From a virus (Duplodnaviria; Caudoviricetes): DNA of 61,517 nt. The position numbers and the translations under genes are program-made. Shown here piece by piece: positions 40,687 through 51,000 of the stretch (the first letter of the stretch is position 1; the number at the start of each line of letters is the position of its first letter). The DNA is taken from positions 1 to 61,517 of the IMG/VR virus record IMGVR_UViG_3300022752_003832, one strand, 5' to 3'. Below the pieces are notes generated by a model. The model made no database searches, was not told the origin of the DNA, and saw nothing but the letters and a program-made list of their open reading frames with translations.

Positions 40687-41198
40687 ATGGAAACACAGAA
40701 AAAATGTAGTAAATGTAATTTTTTAAAAAATTTAGATGATTTTTATATAACACAAAGAGGTAATAGATGTAAAGAATGTATTCTATTAGGAACAAGAAAT
40801 TATAAAAAAAAAAAAGATAAGACCCTGAGCATAGAAAAAAAGAGAGACTTAAACAAAAAGAAAGAAGAGTTAGATTGTGGCAAAACACGTTATTACATGA
40901 CTCTAAAAACAGAAAATTAGAACATACTTTGACAATTTCTGACATTAATGATATGTTTAATAAACAAAATGGTTTATGTTATTGGTTTAAAATACCCCTT
41001 ATACCATCCAATAAAACAAAACATCCTCAACAACCTTCATTAGACAGGTTAGATAGGACAAAAGGTTATAATAAAGACAATGTAGTCCTTTGTTGTTATT
41101 CGGCAAATATTGGTAGAAACGAAAATAATTTAGATACTTGGACTAAATTTATAAATTTATTGAATAGAACTCAGAATACGATTAATAATAATATCTAA
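40687..41198 (+). pseudogene. Frameshifted HNH-like (His-Me finger) free-standing endonuclease
   Basis: METQKKCSKC..RCKEC in one frame; DPEHRKKE..LCYWFKIPL..SLDRLDRTKGYNKDNVVLCCYSANIGRN in the -1 frame; break just after the A12 run at 40804-40815. Confidence 0.7.
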
Positions 41199-41885
41199 GG
41201 ACTCATTTTGGGTCCTTTTATTTTTTGGTTTGTATGAAGTCATAATAGGTTTTTGACCTTTACCTGTTTGTGTATCTTTGGATTCTGCTTTTCTTTTTTG
41301 TTGACAAGCTGCTCTTTTTTCAGAATCAGTCATTTTACCTGCAACTCCTGCGGCTCTACATTTTGGGTATGCTCCTTTATTTGTGTCGGGTCTACCACAA
41401 GGAGGATGTTTACCGTCAACTTTTCTACAAATATTTACCCATGGACCTTTTGGTTGAGATGAACCTTTTGGTTTTTTCTTTTTGCCAAACCAAACGGCTA
41501 AATCTTCATTTAGTGGAATTTTATCTAGTTCCACCCATTCTTTAATTGGTACTATCGTTTTACTTTTACCGGGGTATTGATTTATAATGTTACCATCATC
41601 GTCACTAAATGTTGTAATAGGATAATTTTTAATATAGTTATATATTTTTTTTGCAACTTTTTCTTCCTTTTCAATTTGTTTTTTTGTTCTTTCCATCTTA
41701 CCATCATAAGAATCGTAAGCTAAATCAGGACTTTCGTATTTTGAATCTGAAACTGTAAATGGTGATAACACGTTTTGCTTAAAAAATCTTTCACCTGGTA
41801 ATAAAGGAGCAATATAACTTCCTCTTGACCCAGTACTTGTAGAAGTTGCTTCTTTTAAAATTTTTTTAACAATGTATTCAATCAT
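41157..41885 (-). CDS. Modular hypothetical protein with basic Cys-containing C-terminal module
   Basis: ATG 41885 (MIEYIVKKILKE) follows TATTTAT; LNE|DLAVWF..WVNIC..CGR..YPKC module. Confidence 0.65.
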   Translation of the reverse strand: MIEYIVKKILKEATSTSTGSRGSYIAPLLPGERFFKQNVLSPFTVSDSKYESPDLAYDSYDGKMERTKKQIEKEEKVAKKIYNYIKNYPITTFSDDDGNIINQYPGKSKTIVPIKEWVELDKIPLNEDLAVWFGKKKKPKGSSQPKGPWVNICRKVDGKHPPCGRPDTNKGAYPKCRAAGVAGKMTDSEKRAACQQKRKAESKDTQTGKGQKPIMTSYKPKNKRTQNESLDIIINRILSSIQ

Positions 41886-41907
41886 ATTAATAAATATCTT
41901 AATAAAC

Positions 41908-41940
41908 AAAAAAAAGGAGACAATTTCTTGTCCCCTTTTT
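41908..41940 (-). terminator. Intrinsic terminator after major capsid gene
   Basis: Minus strand AAAAAGGGGACAA-GAAA-TTGTCTCC-TTTTTTTT. Confidence 0.85.
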
Positions 41941-41960
41941 CTTAACTGATATTTAATTGA

Positions 41961-43805
41961 TTATCTCAATTCTTGTAAGTCAAATGAACGAACTCCATCA
42001 ACTGTAATACGTCCGTAGAAACGGTTGTTAACCATTTTCTTAGCGTATCTTGTCATAATACCTTTGATAGGTGTAAAGTTGAATGGGTTGTACATTGTAG
42101 GTGTTAATTGTAGAGGTACATATGGTGCGTAAACGTAACCAGTATCTAACAATGACGTTCCTTTGTGACCAATCAAAACTTGGTTTGCTGGGAAGTAAGG
42201 GTCACGGTATACTTGGTAACGACCTGCTAAAGTACCAACTCTTTCAATACCCATGTTGTATTGGTCTTGCTCAGGAGATGCATTAGAAACGTGGAAGTAT
42301 TCTAAGTCATCAAAGATTGCAGAAACCTCAGAAGAAACAACAATCCAATTTGCCCCACCTCTCAAAGTAGATTTGTGGATTTGTGCAGACAATTGGTTGA
42401 TTGCTGTTATCAAAGTTTGGTTCCAATCTTTTTGAGTGTAAGAAGTTGTGTTAGACAATCTTCTCCATCCGTTGTAATCCCAACGTAAGTTCCAAGCTGC
42501 TCCTTTACGTAAGTCACGTAAAATTTCACGGTCAATTTCTGCAGCTACTTGCTCAGATAATAAAGCTGTTAATTCAGCTTCAGCATCGATGTTATGAAAT
42601 GCAGAAACGTCTTGTGCTAATTCAGGAGACCATTGTGCTCTTAGTTTTCTTTCTGTAACGGACACAGTTACTGACTCAAGGTCAAAAGAAACCTCACCAA
42701 TTTTGTCTTCAAATTCCAATTCTTGGTATCTTTTGAATGAATACTGAAGAGGTGTACCTGACCAAGCTGCTGTTGTAATTGTCGCTCCTGAGTATCCGTC
42801 GATTGTTGATGCGTTAGTACAAGTAATACATACTGGTGTCTGTGCGTCAACTTCTAAATAAATAATTCCTGTTGGAGAACAAATATTGTTATAAGAACCT
42901 CCACCAGTTGAAGGCCAAGTAGTTGAAGTTTGTGTACCGTAAGAAGCGATTGATTTTGAGTATTGTTGAGTAACAACTCTAAATAATAATGGAGTGAATG
43001 TATTTGTTCCTAATTGTGTTGCAACTGTTGAGTTTGTAGTAAACACTTTTAAATCAGTTAAAAATGCTTCAGTGTCCATTTCTTGACCGTCAGGTCCGAT
43101 AAGTTTTCCAGCTCCTGTTGAAGAAAATCCTGACATTCCCACAATAATTTTTCTAAATTCACCAGCAGTATATGCAGATGCAACTAAATTACCACTTGAC
43201 CATGCTACTGTTTGTACACTTCCTGTGATTGCAGTCCATTGACCTTTTGAATAATCAAATAATCCAGGAGGATTTAATCCTGCTTCAGCCCCTTCATAAA
43301 ACAAATCATAAAGGTTTCTTGTGTAAGATGGGTTATATGAACCATTAGTGTTTGTATAACCATCATTTGCTCCATTTGACCCAGGATAATTACCAGGTGA
43401 ACCAACAGGCCCGTAATGTTCCCCTGAACGACCTGCTTGTGTAGCATCTAAAAAAGTACCACCACTGTATCCTTGGATTTTAGGGATAAAGTAGAACAAT
43501 TTACCGATAGGTAAATTCATTGCTTGTACCGATACTAAATCATTAGCCAATAATTTAGAAAATACACGTCTAACGATAGGAAAAACTACAGTTTCGAAAG
43601 AACCTGAACTATCTGAAGACGCAGCTTCGTTGATTAGGTGAGACGCTTGGTTTTCATATAATTGTGCCATGTTCTCTTTAACGTGTCCTCGTAGACCGTC
43701 TAGGAATCCTAATCTATCCCATTTGTTAATAGTATCTTCTTTGATAACTTTAAGGTGTTTTAAACCAATGTTACCAACAAGACCTGAATCTAATAATGCT
43801 CCCAT
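41961..43805 (-). CDS. Major capsid protein (T4 gp23-like)
   Basis: LYENQ, PIVRRVF..LVSVQAMNLP.G, RKLRAQWSPELAQD, AEIDREI, YAPYVPL, TRY. Confidence 0.95.
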   Translation of the reverse strand: MGALLDSGLVGNIGLKHLKVIKEDTINKWDRLGFLDGLRGHVKENMAQLYENQASHLINEAASSDSSGSFETVVFPIVRRVFSKLLANDLVSVQAMNLPIGKLFYFIPKIQGYSGGTFLDATQAGRSGEHYGPVGSPGNYPGSNGANDGYTNTNGSYNPSYTRNLYDLFYEGAEAGLNPPGLFDYSKGQWTAITGSVQTVAWSSGNLVASAYTAGEFRKIIVGMSGFSSTGAGKLIGPDGQEMDTEAFLTDLKVFTTNSTVATQLGTNTFTPLLFRVVTQQYSKSIASYGTQTSTTWPSTGGGSYNNICSPTGIIYLEVDAQTPVCITCTNASTIDGYSGATITTAAWSGTPLQYSFKRYQELEFEDKIGEVSFDLESVTVSVTERKLRAQWSPELAQDVSAFHNIDAEAELTALLSEQVAAEIDREILRDLRKGAAWNLRWDYNGWRRLSNTTSYTQKDWNQTLITAINQLSAQIHKSTLRGGANWIVVSSEVSAIFDDLEYFHVSNASPEQDQYNMGIERVGTLAGRYQVYRDPYFPANQVLIGHKGTSLLDTGYVYAPYVPLQLTPTMYNPFNFTPIKGIMTRYAKKMVNNRFYGRITVDGVRSFDLQELR

Positions 43806-43832
43806 TTTTTTTAAGTTTTTTTGAGTTTATTT

Positions 43833-45272
43833 TTATTTTATTTTGTTCATTAAATCCTTCATTCTCATGAATTGAGGATTTTCATAAGCTTTAGATTCAA
43901 TCAAATTTGAAGATGAACCATTACTTGGAGTTTTAACAACTTTTTGAGTAATTGATTCGTTCATCATAGAATTTGGTGATTCACCAATTTCTTCTTTGAT
44001 TGTTCTGTAAAGTGATTTTGATTCTTTTAAAGATTCAACAGTGTCAAATCTTCGCAAGATGTTTATTTTTTCTTGTTTTGTTGTTGAGTGTTCTGTAAAC
44101 AATCTAGTAGCGTAAGCCAAATTAGAATTGAAAATTGCAACTTCATTTAATTTATTTCTAAAGAAGTCTAGTGCTTTTCTATACTCTTCATTTTTTTCTC
44201 TTAAAGATTCTAATTCACGAGATTCAAATGTTAAATTTCTATTTGGAGTGATTCCTTTTCTTAAACCTCTACCTTTTTTAGAACCATTTCCGTAAGTTCG
44301 AGCAGCTTCAGTCGCTTCATCTTCATCACCTTCTTCTTCTTCCACCCATCCGTCTGAAATTTCATCATCGTCTGTTTCAGTAACGCCATGTTTCAGTTTG
44401 GAAGGATAAATTTTAGTTTTAAGTTTTCCAATTTTACCTTTTGCTTTAAATGCTTCAACAACATTATCAAGTGATTCTTGGTCGATTTCATAAACTTCTT
44501 CATCCATATAGTCCATTTCATCCATTTCCATTTCATCCATGTCCATATGTTTGTTATAATCCATTTCATCCATGTCCATATGTTTGTTATAATCCATTTC
44601 ATCCATGTAATCCATTTCATCCATGTCCATATGTTTGTCATAGTTTATTTCATTTGCCATCGAATTGTCTTCATAAACCAATTCATATATTGTATTTTCA
44701 GTCATATTTTCGACAGGTTGTTCTTCTGGCATTTCAGGTTCGTCAACTTCCATACTAATAAGATATTCGGTATTTGATTTACCATCTTTCAAGTGAACAT
44801 AATTACCGTCTTTTTTAATAATAAAACCATCTTCATCTCCCATCGCTTTGAAAACTTTCATAACGTCGGACATTGGTGCGGTTGTCATATCAAGAGGGGG
44901 TAATTCTTCAGTTGGTCCTTGAGGTTGCCCATTCATGTCATTATCAGTGTCCGATTCAGGTTCTTGTGTTTCAACTTCCTCTTCATCTTCTACTTCTGTT
45001 TCGTCTTCTTCTTCAGGTGATTGTGGCGCTTGACCATTTTGTGGCGCTTGACCATTTTGTGGCGCTTGACCATTTTGTGGCGCTTGACCACCTTTTGCTT
45101 GTTCTTTTAAAGACCTTTTAGAACCCATTATAGATTCTCTTACTAATTCTCCGATTTCTTGTTTCATAGTTGAAGCAAGTATTCCTTTTGCATTTTCACT
45201 AATCGCCTCTTCAATAGTCTTCATTTGTAATAAAGCCTCTTCAACTAACGATTCTGATTTTTTGTTATTCAT
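43833..45272 (-). CDS. Prohead core/scaffolding protein (gp22-like)
   Basis: Acidic, low-complexity, coiled-coil protein between protease and MCP; many L/I-x-E sites. Confidence 0.75.
   Translation of the reverse strand: MNNKKSESLVEEALLQMKTIEEAISENAKGILASTMKQEIGELVRESIMGSKRSLKEQAKGGQAPQNGQAPQNGQAPQNGQAPQSPEEEDETEVEDEEEVETQEPESDTDNDMNGQPQGPTEELPPLDMTTAPMSDVMKVFKAMGDEDGFIIKKDGNYVHLKDGKSNTEYLISMEVDEPEMPEEQPVENMTENTIYELVYEDNSMANEINYDKHMDMDEMDYMDEMDYNKHMDMDEMDYNKHMDMDEMEMDEMDYMDEEVYEIDQESLDNVVEAFKAKGKIGKLKTKIYPSKLKHGVTETDDDEISDGWVEEEEGDEDEATEAARTYGNGSKKGRGLRKGITPNRNLTFESRELESLREKNEEYRKALDFFRNKLNEVAIFNSNLAYATRLFTEHSTTKQEKINILRRFDTVESLKESKSLYRTIKEEIGESPNSMMNESITQKVVKTPSNGSSSNLIESKAYENPQFMRMKDLMNKIK
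44506..44650 (-). repeat. Coding tandem repeat (33-bp and shorter subunits) encoding MDEMDY(NKHMD)
   Basis: tccatttcatccatgtccatatgtttg recurs three times. Confidence 0.85.
45021..45090 (-). repeat. 18-bp tandem repeat x4 encoding GQAPQN
   Basis: ttgtggcgcttgacca(tt) repeated four times. Confidence 0.9.
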
Positions 45273-45361
45273 TTAAAAGCATATAATTTTGCGTTTATTT
45301 ATATAATAAATATATCTATAATACAAAAAGTTTGATTTTAACATAAAAAACATTTGAAAAT

Positions 45362-45387
45362 AAAAAAAGGTCCCTTTTGGGGACCTT
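45362..45387 (-). terminator. Intrinsic terminator
   Basis: Minus strand AAGGTCCC-CAAAA-GGGACCTT-TTTTT. Confidence 0.8.
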
Positions 45388-45410
45388 AATAAAAATGATA
45401 TGAATTTTTA

Positions 45411-45620
45411 TTATTCAATAACTTCGTTAATTTTACTTTCGACTATTGCGGTTATTCTCCATTCCATTGAGTAACTTTCATAAACTTTAGTCACCTTAGA
45501 TTCAACGTCTGTTGGCGAAAAACCTTTAACCAATTTTTCTTCTCTAATTTTTTTAATTTTACCTGTGTTATCATCAACCATATCAGTTGTGATTTTTGCT
45601 ACAAAATACTTTTCGTCCAT
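45411..45620 (-). CDS. DUF4494-like small protein
   Basis: YFVAKI...GKIKKIREEKLV.GFSPTDVESKV resembles the Bacteroidetes DUF4494 N-terminal domain (recalled, not searched). Confidence 0.6.
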   Translation of the reverse strand: MDEKYFVAKITTDMVDDNTGKIKKIREEKLVKGFSPTDVESKVTKVYESYSMEWRITAIVESKINEVIE

Positions 45621-45632
45621 AATTTAATTTTT

Positions 45633-46343
45633 TTACTTTCCTAAATAATCCGACAATCTTTTCATTAAGTCAACAGATTTTTCTAAACCATTACCACTAA
45701 CTGAAGAATTATCTTGTTCTGATATTTTTTCTTCATAGTTTGGTCTATCTTCGGCGTTCAAATAAAGATAAGCTCCTGGCGTAGATGGTGAAGATACAAG
45801 GTCAAAACAAATTAATTCAAAATCATCTTGAACTTCATTCTGTTCTCCTTTTTTTACTAGAGAACCAACTCCACGAGAAGATACTCCCATAGTAACTCCT
45901 TGTCTCATAAGATTTGCTGCAACATCTCCCTTAGATGTAACAATCCCTCTTTCATGGAAACCTGGACTTGTTAATAATTTAATTTTACCCATCAATACAT
46001 TTCCCTCCCACCACGTTTCAGTTATAAGGTGAGAAACTCTATCTAAATCCACTAAAGAAGACTCAGGATGGTTTAATTCCGATATGGACATCCCCTTTTT
46101 TATAACATCTTGATATTTTTCAGCTTCCCTTTTTAATATTTTTTCAGGATAGACTCTTCCGTTTCTATTTGGAACTCCCCATTTTTGAAGTGTTGCATAA
46201 AAAATAAAAGGTTTAGAATGGTCTAGTTGTCCGTATGATTCTCTAATTATATTTTGATTTCTTGGTTCATTTGGATTTATAATACCTGCATCCCATTCAA
46301 CTAAAATCCCTTTACCCGTATCTTTTGGTCCTAAAATTTTCAT
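45633..46343 (-). CDS. Prohead maturation protease (T4 gp21-like)
   Basis: NRNGRVYP, ELNHP, RVSH, GVSSRGVGS, FDLVSSPSTPGA. Confidence 0.93.
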   Translation of the reverse strand: MKILGPKDTGKGILVEWDAGIINPNEPRNQNIIRESYGQLDHSKPFIFYATLQKWGVPNRNGRVYPEKILKREAEKYQDVIKKGMSISELNHPESSLVDLDRVSHLITETWWEGNVLMGKIKLLTSPGFHERGIVTSKGDVAANLMRQGVTMGVSSRGVGSLVKKGEQNEVQDDFELICFDLVSSPSTPGAYLYLNAEDRPNYEEKISEQDNSSVSGNGLEKSVDLMKRLSDYLGK

Positions 46344-46363
46344 AATATTTTTATTAATAAATA

Positions 46364-46813
46364 TTATATTTCTTTTATTTTTGCTAACTTAGTTTTACTT
46401 AATGTAAAATAAAGTGATTTTTTTAAGTCATCAAGATATATTGATTGGAAAATATTTTTTATTTTTGACCTTAAAATTATTGATTTGAAATTATATGATT
46501 GGTTGTGAATAAACAGTGTTATTTCTAAATTTAAAAAACTTTTTTTATTTTTTTGTAATCCACTTGTTCTTAAATCTAAGTCCACAATATACTTTTTTTC
46601 AAAAATTTTGTGGTCAACAACTTCCAATAATGTGTGTAGTATTTGTCTTTTTATGGTACCCGTAATCGATGCCCAATTACTGTAGTCATCTTTTGGTTCC
46701 ACCCATGTTTGTAAAATTAAATAAATTGATTTAAAATTTTTGGAATCGACTGTTCCGTACTGACATTTTGCATCATCAAAAATACTTAATTTTGATGTTT
46801 TTCCTTTTTTCAT
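46364..46813 (-). CDS. Hypothetical protein
   Basis: 149 aa; preceded by a strong promoter-like sequence. Confidence 0.7.
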   Translation of the reverse strand: MKKGKTSKLSIFDDAKCQYGTVDSKNFKSIYLILQTWVEPKDDYSNWASITGTIKRQILHTLLEVVDHKIFEKKYIVDLDLRTSGLQKNKKSFLNLEITLFIHNQSYNFKSIILRSKIKNIFQSIYLDDLKKSLYFTLSKTKLAKIKEI

Positions 46814-46841
46814 TTTTCATATATAATATGTTTATTTTTTT

Positions 46842-46873
46842 TAAATATAACAATTACGTAATACTTTGTCAAA
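46842..46873 (-). promoter_or_regulatory. Putative host-sigma promoter
   Basis: Minus strand TTTGACA-N17-TATATTTA, identical boxes to the polymerase promoter. Confidence 0.6.
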
Positions 46874-46914
46874 ACATAAAAAAATTTATATATTTATAGT
46901 AAAATTAAAAAAAA

Positions 46915-47106
46915 ATGATTATTATAGAAATAAAAAAAAATAATATTGAACAAGCTTTGAAATTATATAAACTAAAAATATATAAAACAAAACAACTTGA
47001 ACATTTAAGAAATTTACAAGAGTTTGAAAAAAAGTCTGTTAAATTAAGAAAAAAAAGAAAAAAGACAATTCATATACAAAAAAATAAAAATCAGTTTTCT
47101 TCTTGA
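46915..47106 (+). CDS. rpsU: Ribosomal protein bS21 homolog (Bacteroidetes type, divergent)
   Basis: MIIIEIK..NIEQALK.YK.K..KT....LR..QEFEK.SV..R....K..HIQ matches the bS21 pattern; position amid head genes is typical of bS21-encoding phages. Confidence 0.82.
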   Translation: MIIIEIKKNNIEQALKLYKLKIYKTKQLEHLRNLQEFEKKSVKLRKKRKKTIHIQKNKNQFSS

Positions 47107-47342
47107 TTCTTATCATCCTTTTTTTTAGTAGAAAAAAAATCTACGGATGTTAACCCTAAACATCCAAACGTTAATAACCCAATTGTTTGTATTAAAAATT
47201 CAGGTGCTTGATATTTTCCACAACTAAATAAAGAAATAAATAAAGACACTATCAAAGAAATTGAACATAATAGACCAATAAATCTTTTGGATGATACGCC
47301 ACCATTGTGACCTTCCATCATTTGTTTAAAAAAATTTTTCAT
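47091..47342 (-). CDS. Small two-TM membrane protein (holin-like)
   Basis: SSKRFIG followed by two hydrophobic helices and a charged C-terminus. Confidence 0.55.
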   Translation of the reverse strand: MKNFFKQMMEGHNGGVSSKRFIGLLCSISLIVSLFISLFSCGKYQAPEFLIQTIGLLTFGCLGLTSVDFFSTKKKDDKNQEEN

Positions 47343-48076
47343 AAACCTTCTTGTAATTGTTTTAGTTTATAGTAATTGTAAAAATCAACCGGTGAGTTTT
47401 GTATTTTAATTACAGTTTTTTCGATTGTATTTTTTAAATCACTTTCAGTAGATTCATTTATTTTAATTTTTAAGTTATCAATAATAGATTCTTTTAAGTT
47501 TTCTATTCTATTTTCTAACTCAGTTTTAGACAACGAAACTATTTCTTTAATATCATTTTTTTCACTTTCTGACAAATTAGTAATTTCATTATTTAGTTTT
47601 GAATTTGCAACTTTCAACATTGTCTCTAAAGGTAAATTAATAGTTTCCTTAAGATTTGATTCTTTTTTTAATTCTGATAAAGTTTTAGATATTTGTTTTT
47701 TTGATTCTAAAATATTTTCAAGATTTTTAATAGAGTTGTTGTAAATAACATTATCAATTGTTTCGTAAATATTTTTTACGTCCCTATGTAAATTAATACT
47801 ATTAATCCATGAATTAATCCTATTTAATTCTTTATTATTATTTTCAATTAAAATTTGCGAGTATTCTATAGACTCATTAATATAATCATTAACTAAATCT
47901 ATAGACATACCTTTATTTTCTGTCAAATCATTATATATATAGTAAAGTTCCGCAATGTCTTTATTTTCCAAAACAATTTTTTTGAATTGATTGCTGAAAA
48001 ATTTGAATTCTTTTTTACCATATAGGTTAATGAAAGTTTCGTCTATTTTAGTTTTTATTTCACCAAAAGTTGCCAT
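47339..48076 (-). CDS. Hypothetical protein (head module)
   Basis: 245 aa helical protein downstream of portal. Confidence 0.7.
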   Translation of the reverse strand: MATFGEIKTKIDETFINLYGKKEFKFFSNQFKKIVLENKDIAELYYIYNDLTENKGMSIDLVNDYINESIEYSQILIENNNKELNRINSWINSINLHRDVKNIYETIDNVIYNNSIKNLENILESKKQISKTLSELKKESNLKETINLPLETMLKVANSKLNNEITNLSESEKNDIKEIVSLSKTELENRIENLKESIIDNLKIKINESTESDLKNTIEKTVIKIQNSPVDFYNYYKLKQLQEGL

Positions 48077-48098
48077 ATCTATTTTTTTAGATAAATAC

Positions 48099-51000
48099 TT
48101 ACTTGTTTAATAATTTATTTATTTTGTCATCAATTTCATTAATAGATAATCTACCTTTTGATAAATCTAAGGTATTATCTCTATCAAAAAGTGTGTTTTC
48201 CAAAATTAAATTTAAATCATTTCTATTAAAATTTTCAGGAGTCACCCCTCCACCTTCTGCGGGTGGCGGTGGTGCTCCTCCTCCAGCTTCAGGAGGTGCT
48301 CCTCCAGCTTCAGGAGGTGCCCCTCCACCTTCAGGAGGTGCCCCTCCACCTGCGTCAGGTGCTCCACCTGCTGCTTCATCTTTTTTACCGTATAAAGCGT
48401 CTAAAGTATCAAATAAACCTGTTTTAGTAATAACTTCTGCAGTTTTACCAAGTTCAGCAGATACTGCTCTTTCAATTCTTTGTTGTTGTAAATCAAGTCT
48501 AATTTCATCATCAGAAAATCCAAGAATATGTTTTTTGGCCCATGACGCTGATACAGGAGCAACACTATCTTGAATTGGTGCAACCGCATCTTTAAATAAT
48601 GTTATTTTTTCTTTCCATAATTCTATACCTAATAAATCAGATTGTTTAGAAGGATTAGTTAATCCTAATGTAAAATTGGTCAACTCATCTTCAAATCCTA
48701 AAAGAAACAAATGAATGATTGCAATTTTATTTAATTCAGCAATCATAGATTTTTGAATTCTATTAATTGTTCTAGCAAATCTAATATCTAATAGTGATAA
48801 ATTTTTACCGTCACCAACGGCCTCTTCAAATCCTAAATACGCTTTAGGTATTCTTAATGCCGTAACAAGTTTCTTTTGGATATATTCAATATCTGCAATT
48901 TCCGCTAAGTTTTTAGCCCCATCTAATGTTTCAATAGGATTAGTCGCTGCCGGGTCTCTAACAGGAATAAAATAATCTTGGTCTACGGCCATTTGATTAT
49001 ACCTCATATCAACATTTCCTGTTTTTTGGTCTACAATTTGGTCTCTTTTAAATTTATTGGCAACTCTTTGTACGTAAGCATCCACATCTTTGTCATCCAT
49101 ATTACCAACAAATACTTTAAACACCCGTCTTTCAGGAGCTCTTGATACACGGTAAATTAACATCGCATCTTCAGATAAAAGTAATTGTTTCCAAATACGA
49201 CGAGCCTTTTCTAACATTGAATTATGAACTACAATACCATTTGCATAAAAATTGTGATTTTTGTCTTCTACATATATATCATATGTTTCAAAATTACCAA
49301 TTTCTATTAATTTATTAATTGGTTCTAATATATAATTTGATGTTTTTCTATTTGTATTATCATACTTTTTTGTTTGTGATAAAAAAGTATCATAAAAAGT
49401 TAATGAATATGAAGTTGTTGCAGATTTTATATTTCTACCTTCTATTACTATATTTTTTCTTGGTTCTCTTTTTCTAATTGAACCAGATTTGTATCCAATT
49501 TTTTGACACAAAATTTTAACATCTCTAACCAAAGATTCATTACACAATTCTAAATTTAAATGTGTTGACCATTGGTCTTGAGTAATCCAACCATCGGCGT
49601 CTATTAAACCTTCTAACAAAGCTTTTTGAATTTGTATATCAGAATAATATATCCAATCAGGTAGTCTTTTAGTTTTTGCAGAACCAAAAAAACCCATTCT
49701 GTTCATTATTGTTGTCAGACATTTTGACCACACCATACATTGAGTATCTTTTCCATCCACCTCTATTATTTTGACTGGATTTTTAGAATATTTATTTAGA
49801 ATACTTATGTAAAAATCATTTAAATCGTCATACTCTGAAAGCGCAAAATAAACCCCATTATTAGACAACCACCCATCCCCTAACATAAAACCAAAAAATC
49901 TTGCAAATTCCTCATCTACAAAATCAGGAATCAAATTTACACTATTAAACCACCCATTTTTGTTTTCATTTGGTTCTTCTTTATTAATTTTTGTTTTTTT
50001 TGTTTTTGTAACTGTATTATCAATGACTAATAAATCACCAATTTCTAATTCCAAAACATTTTTATATAAAAACTGATTGTTTTTGAAAATTAAAATTTTA
50101 TGCTCTTCGGACGCTTCTACAAAATTATGTTTTGTATGTATTTGAAAACAAGGTTTGACTCCTGATTTAACTGTATCCAAAACTTTTGATAATACTTTTT
50201 CTTCTTTTTCTAAATCAAAAGACCAAACAAAATCTCCTTTTTGTATATCTTTGATTTCTTTTACACCATATTCAGTATCAATTTTAGTGTCAAACTTTAA
50301 ACAAGTACCATACGGTAATTTTCTATCGTCCCCCAAAATTCTAAAATGTGCGATTTCCCATGTGTTGAATTCCATGTTTTTTTCTTTCCATGTGAATTTA
50401 AGAGCATCATTTTCAATTTCTGCTGAATATTTTTCAGGTTGGAATTTCATTCCTTTTTCTAACCTTTCTATTTGAATATTAGGTAATTGTTGACAACCAA
50501 CAACTCCTCTTTCTGGGTCTAATTTTAAATAAACAAAATTATCACCAAACTTACAAGTGTTTCTAATCCACATGGGTAAGTTTGTATTTATATCCAATTT
50601 TATATTAAATAAATCAGTTAATACTGATTTAATTCTTTTTGATTCAGAATATATTTGTAAAATGTGTCCGTCTTTATCGGGCGTTGTTGACTCTTCAGCA
50701 TAAATGTCTAATGCTGCTGAAATTTCGGGAGTATTATGTGAAAATATAGAGTCAGTTGCAAAATTTTTATAACCAGGTACTGTTAAATCATATACAGGTT
50801 CAACACCATAAGGTTCTATCGAAATTATTTTATGATTTAAATTTATTTTATCATTTTTTGATTTTGATGTAGAATAAATTGATTTTTCAATTCCATATGC
50901 AAGTAAAAATGTTTGCCAATCTTTATACCCATTAGAGACAATATCTCTTTGTAATTTACGATATGACACATTCAATTCTTTCGCAGTACTCTTTAAAGTT

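Noticed and set aside
44393-45121. His-rich and Trp/Met-rich ORFs overlapping the scaffold gene
   Set aside because: Alternative-frame shadows of the MDEMDY and GQAPQN repeats.
48103-48589. Pro/Gly-rich ORFs overlapping the portal 3' end
   Set aside because: Antisense or alternate-frame shadows of the portal tail repeat.
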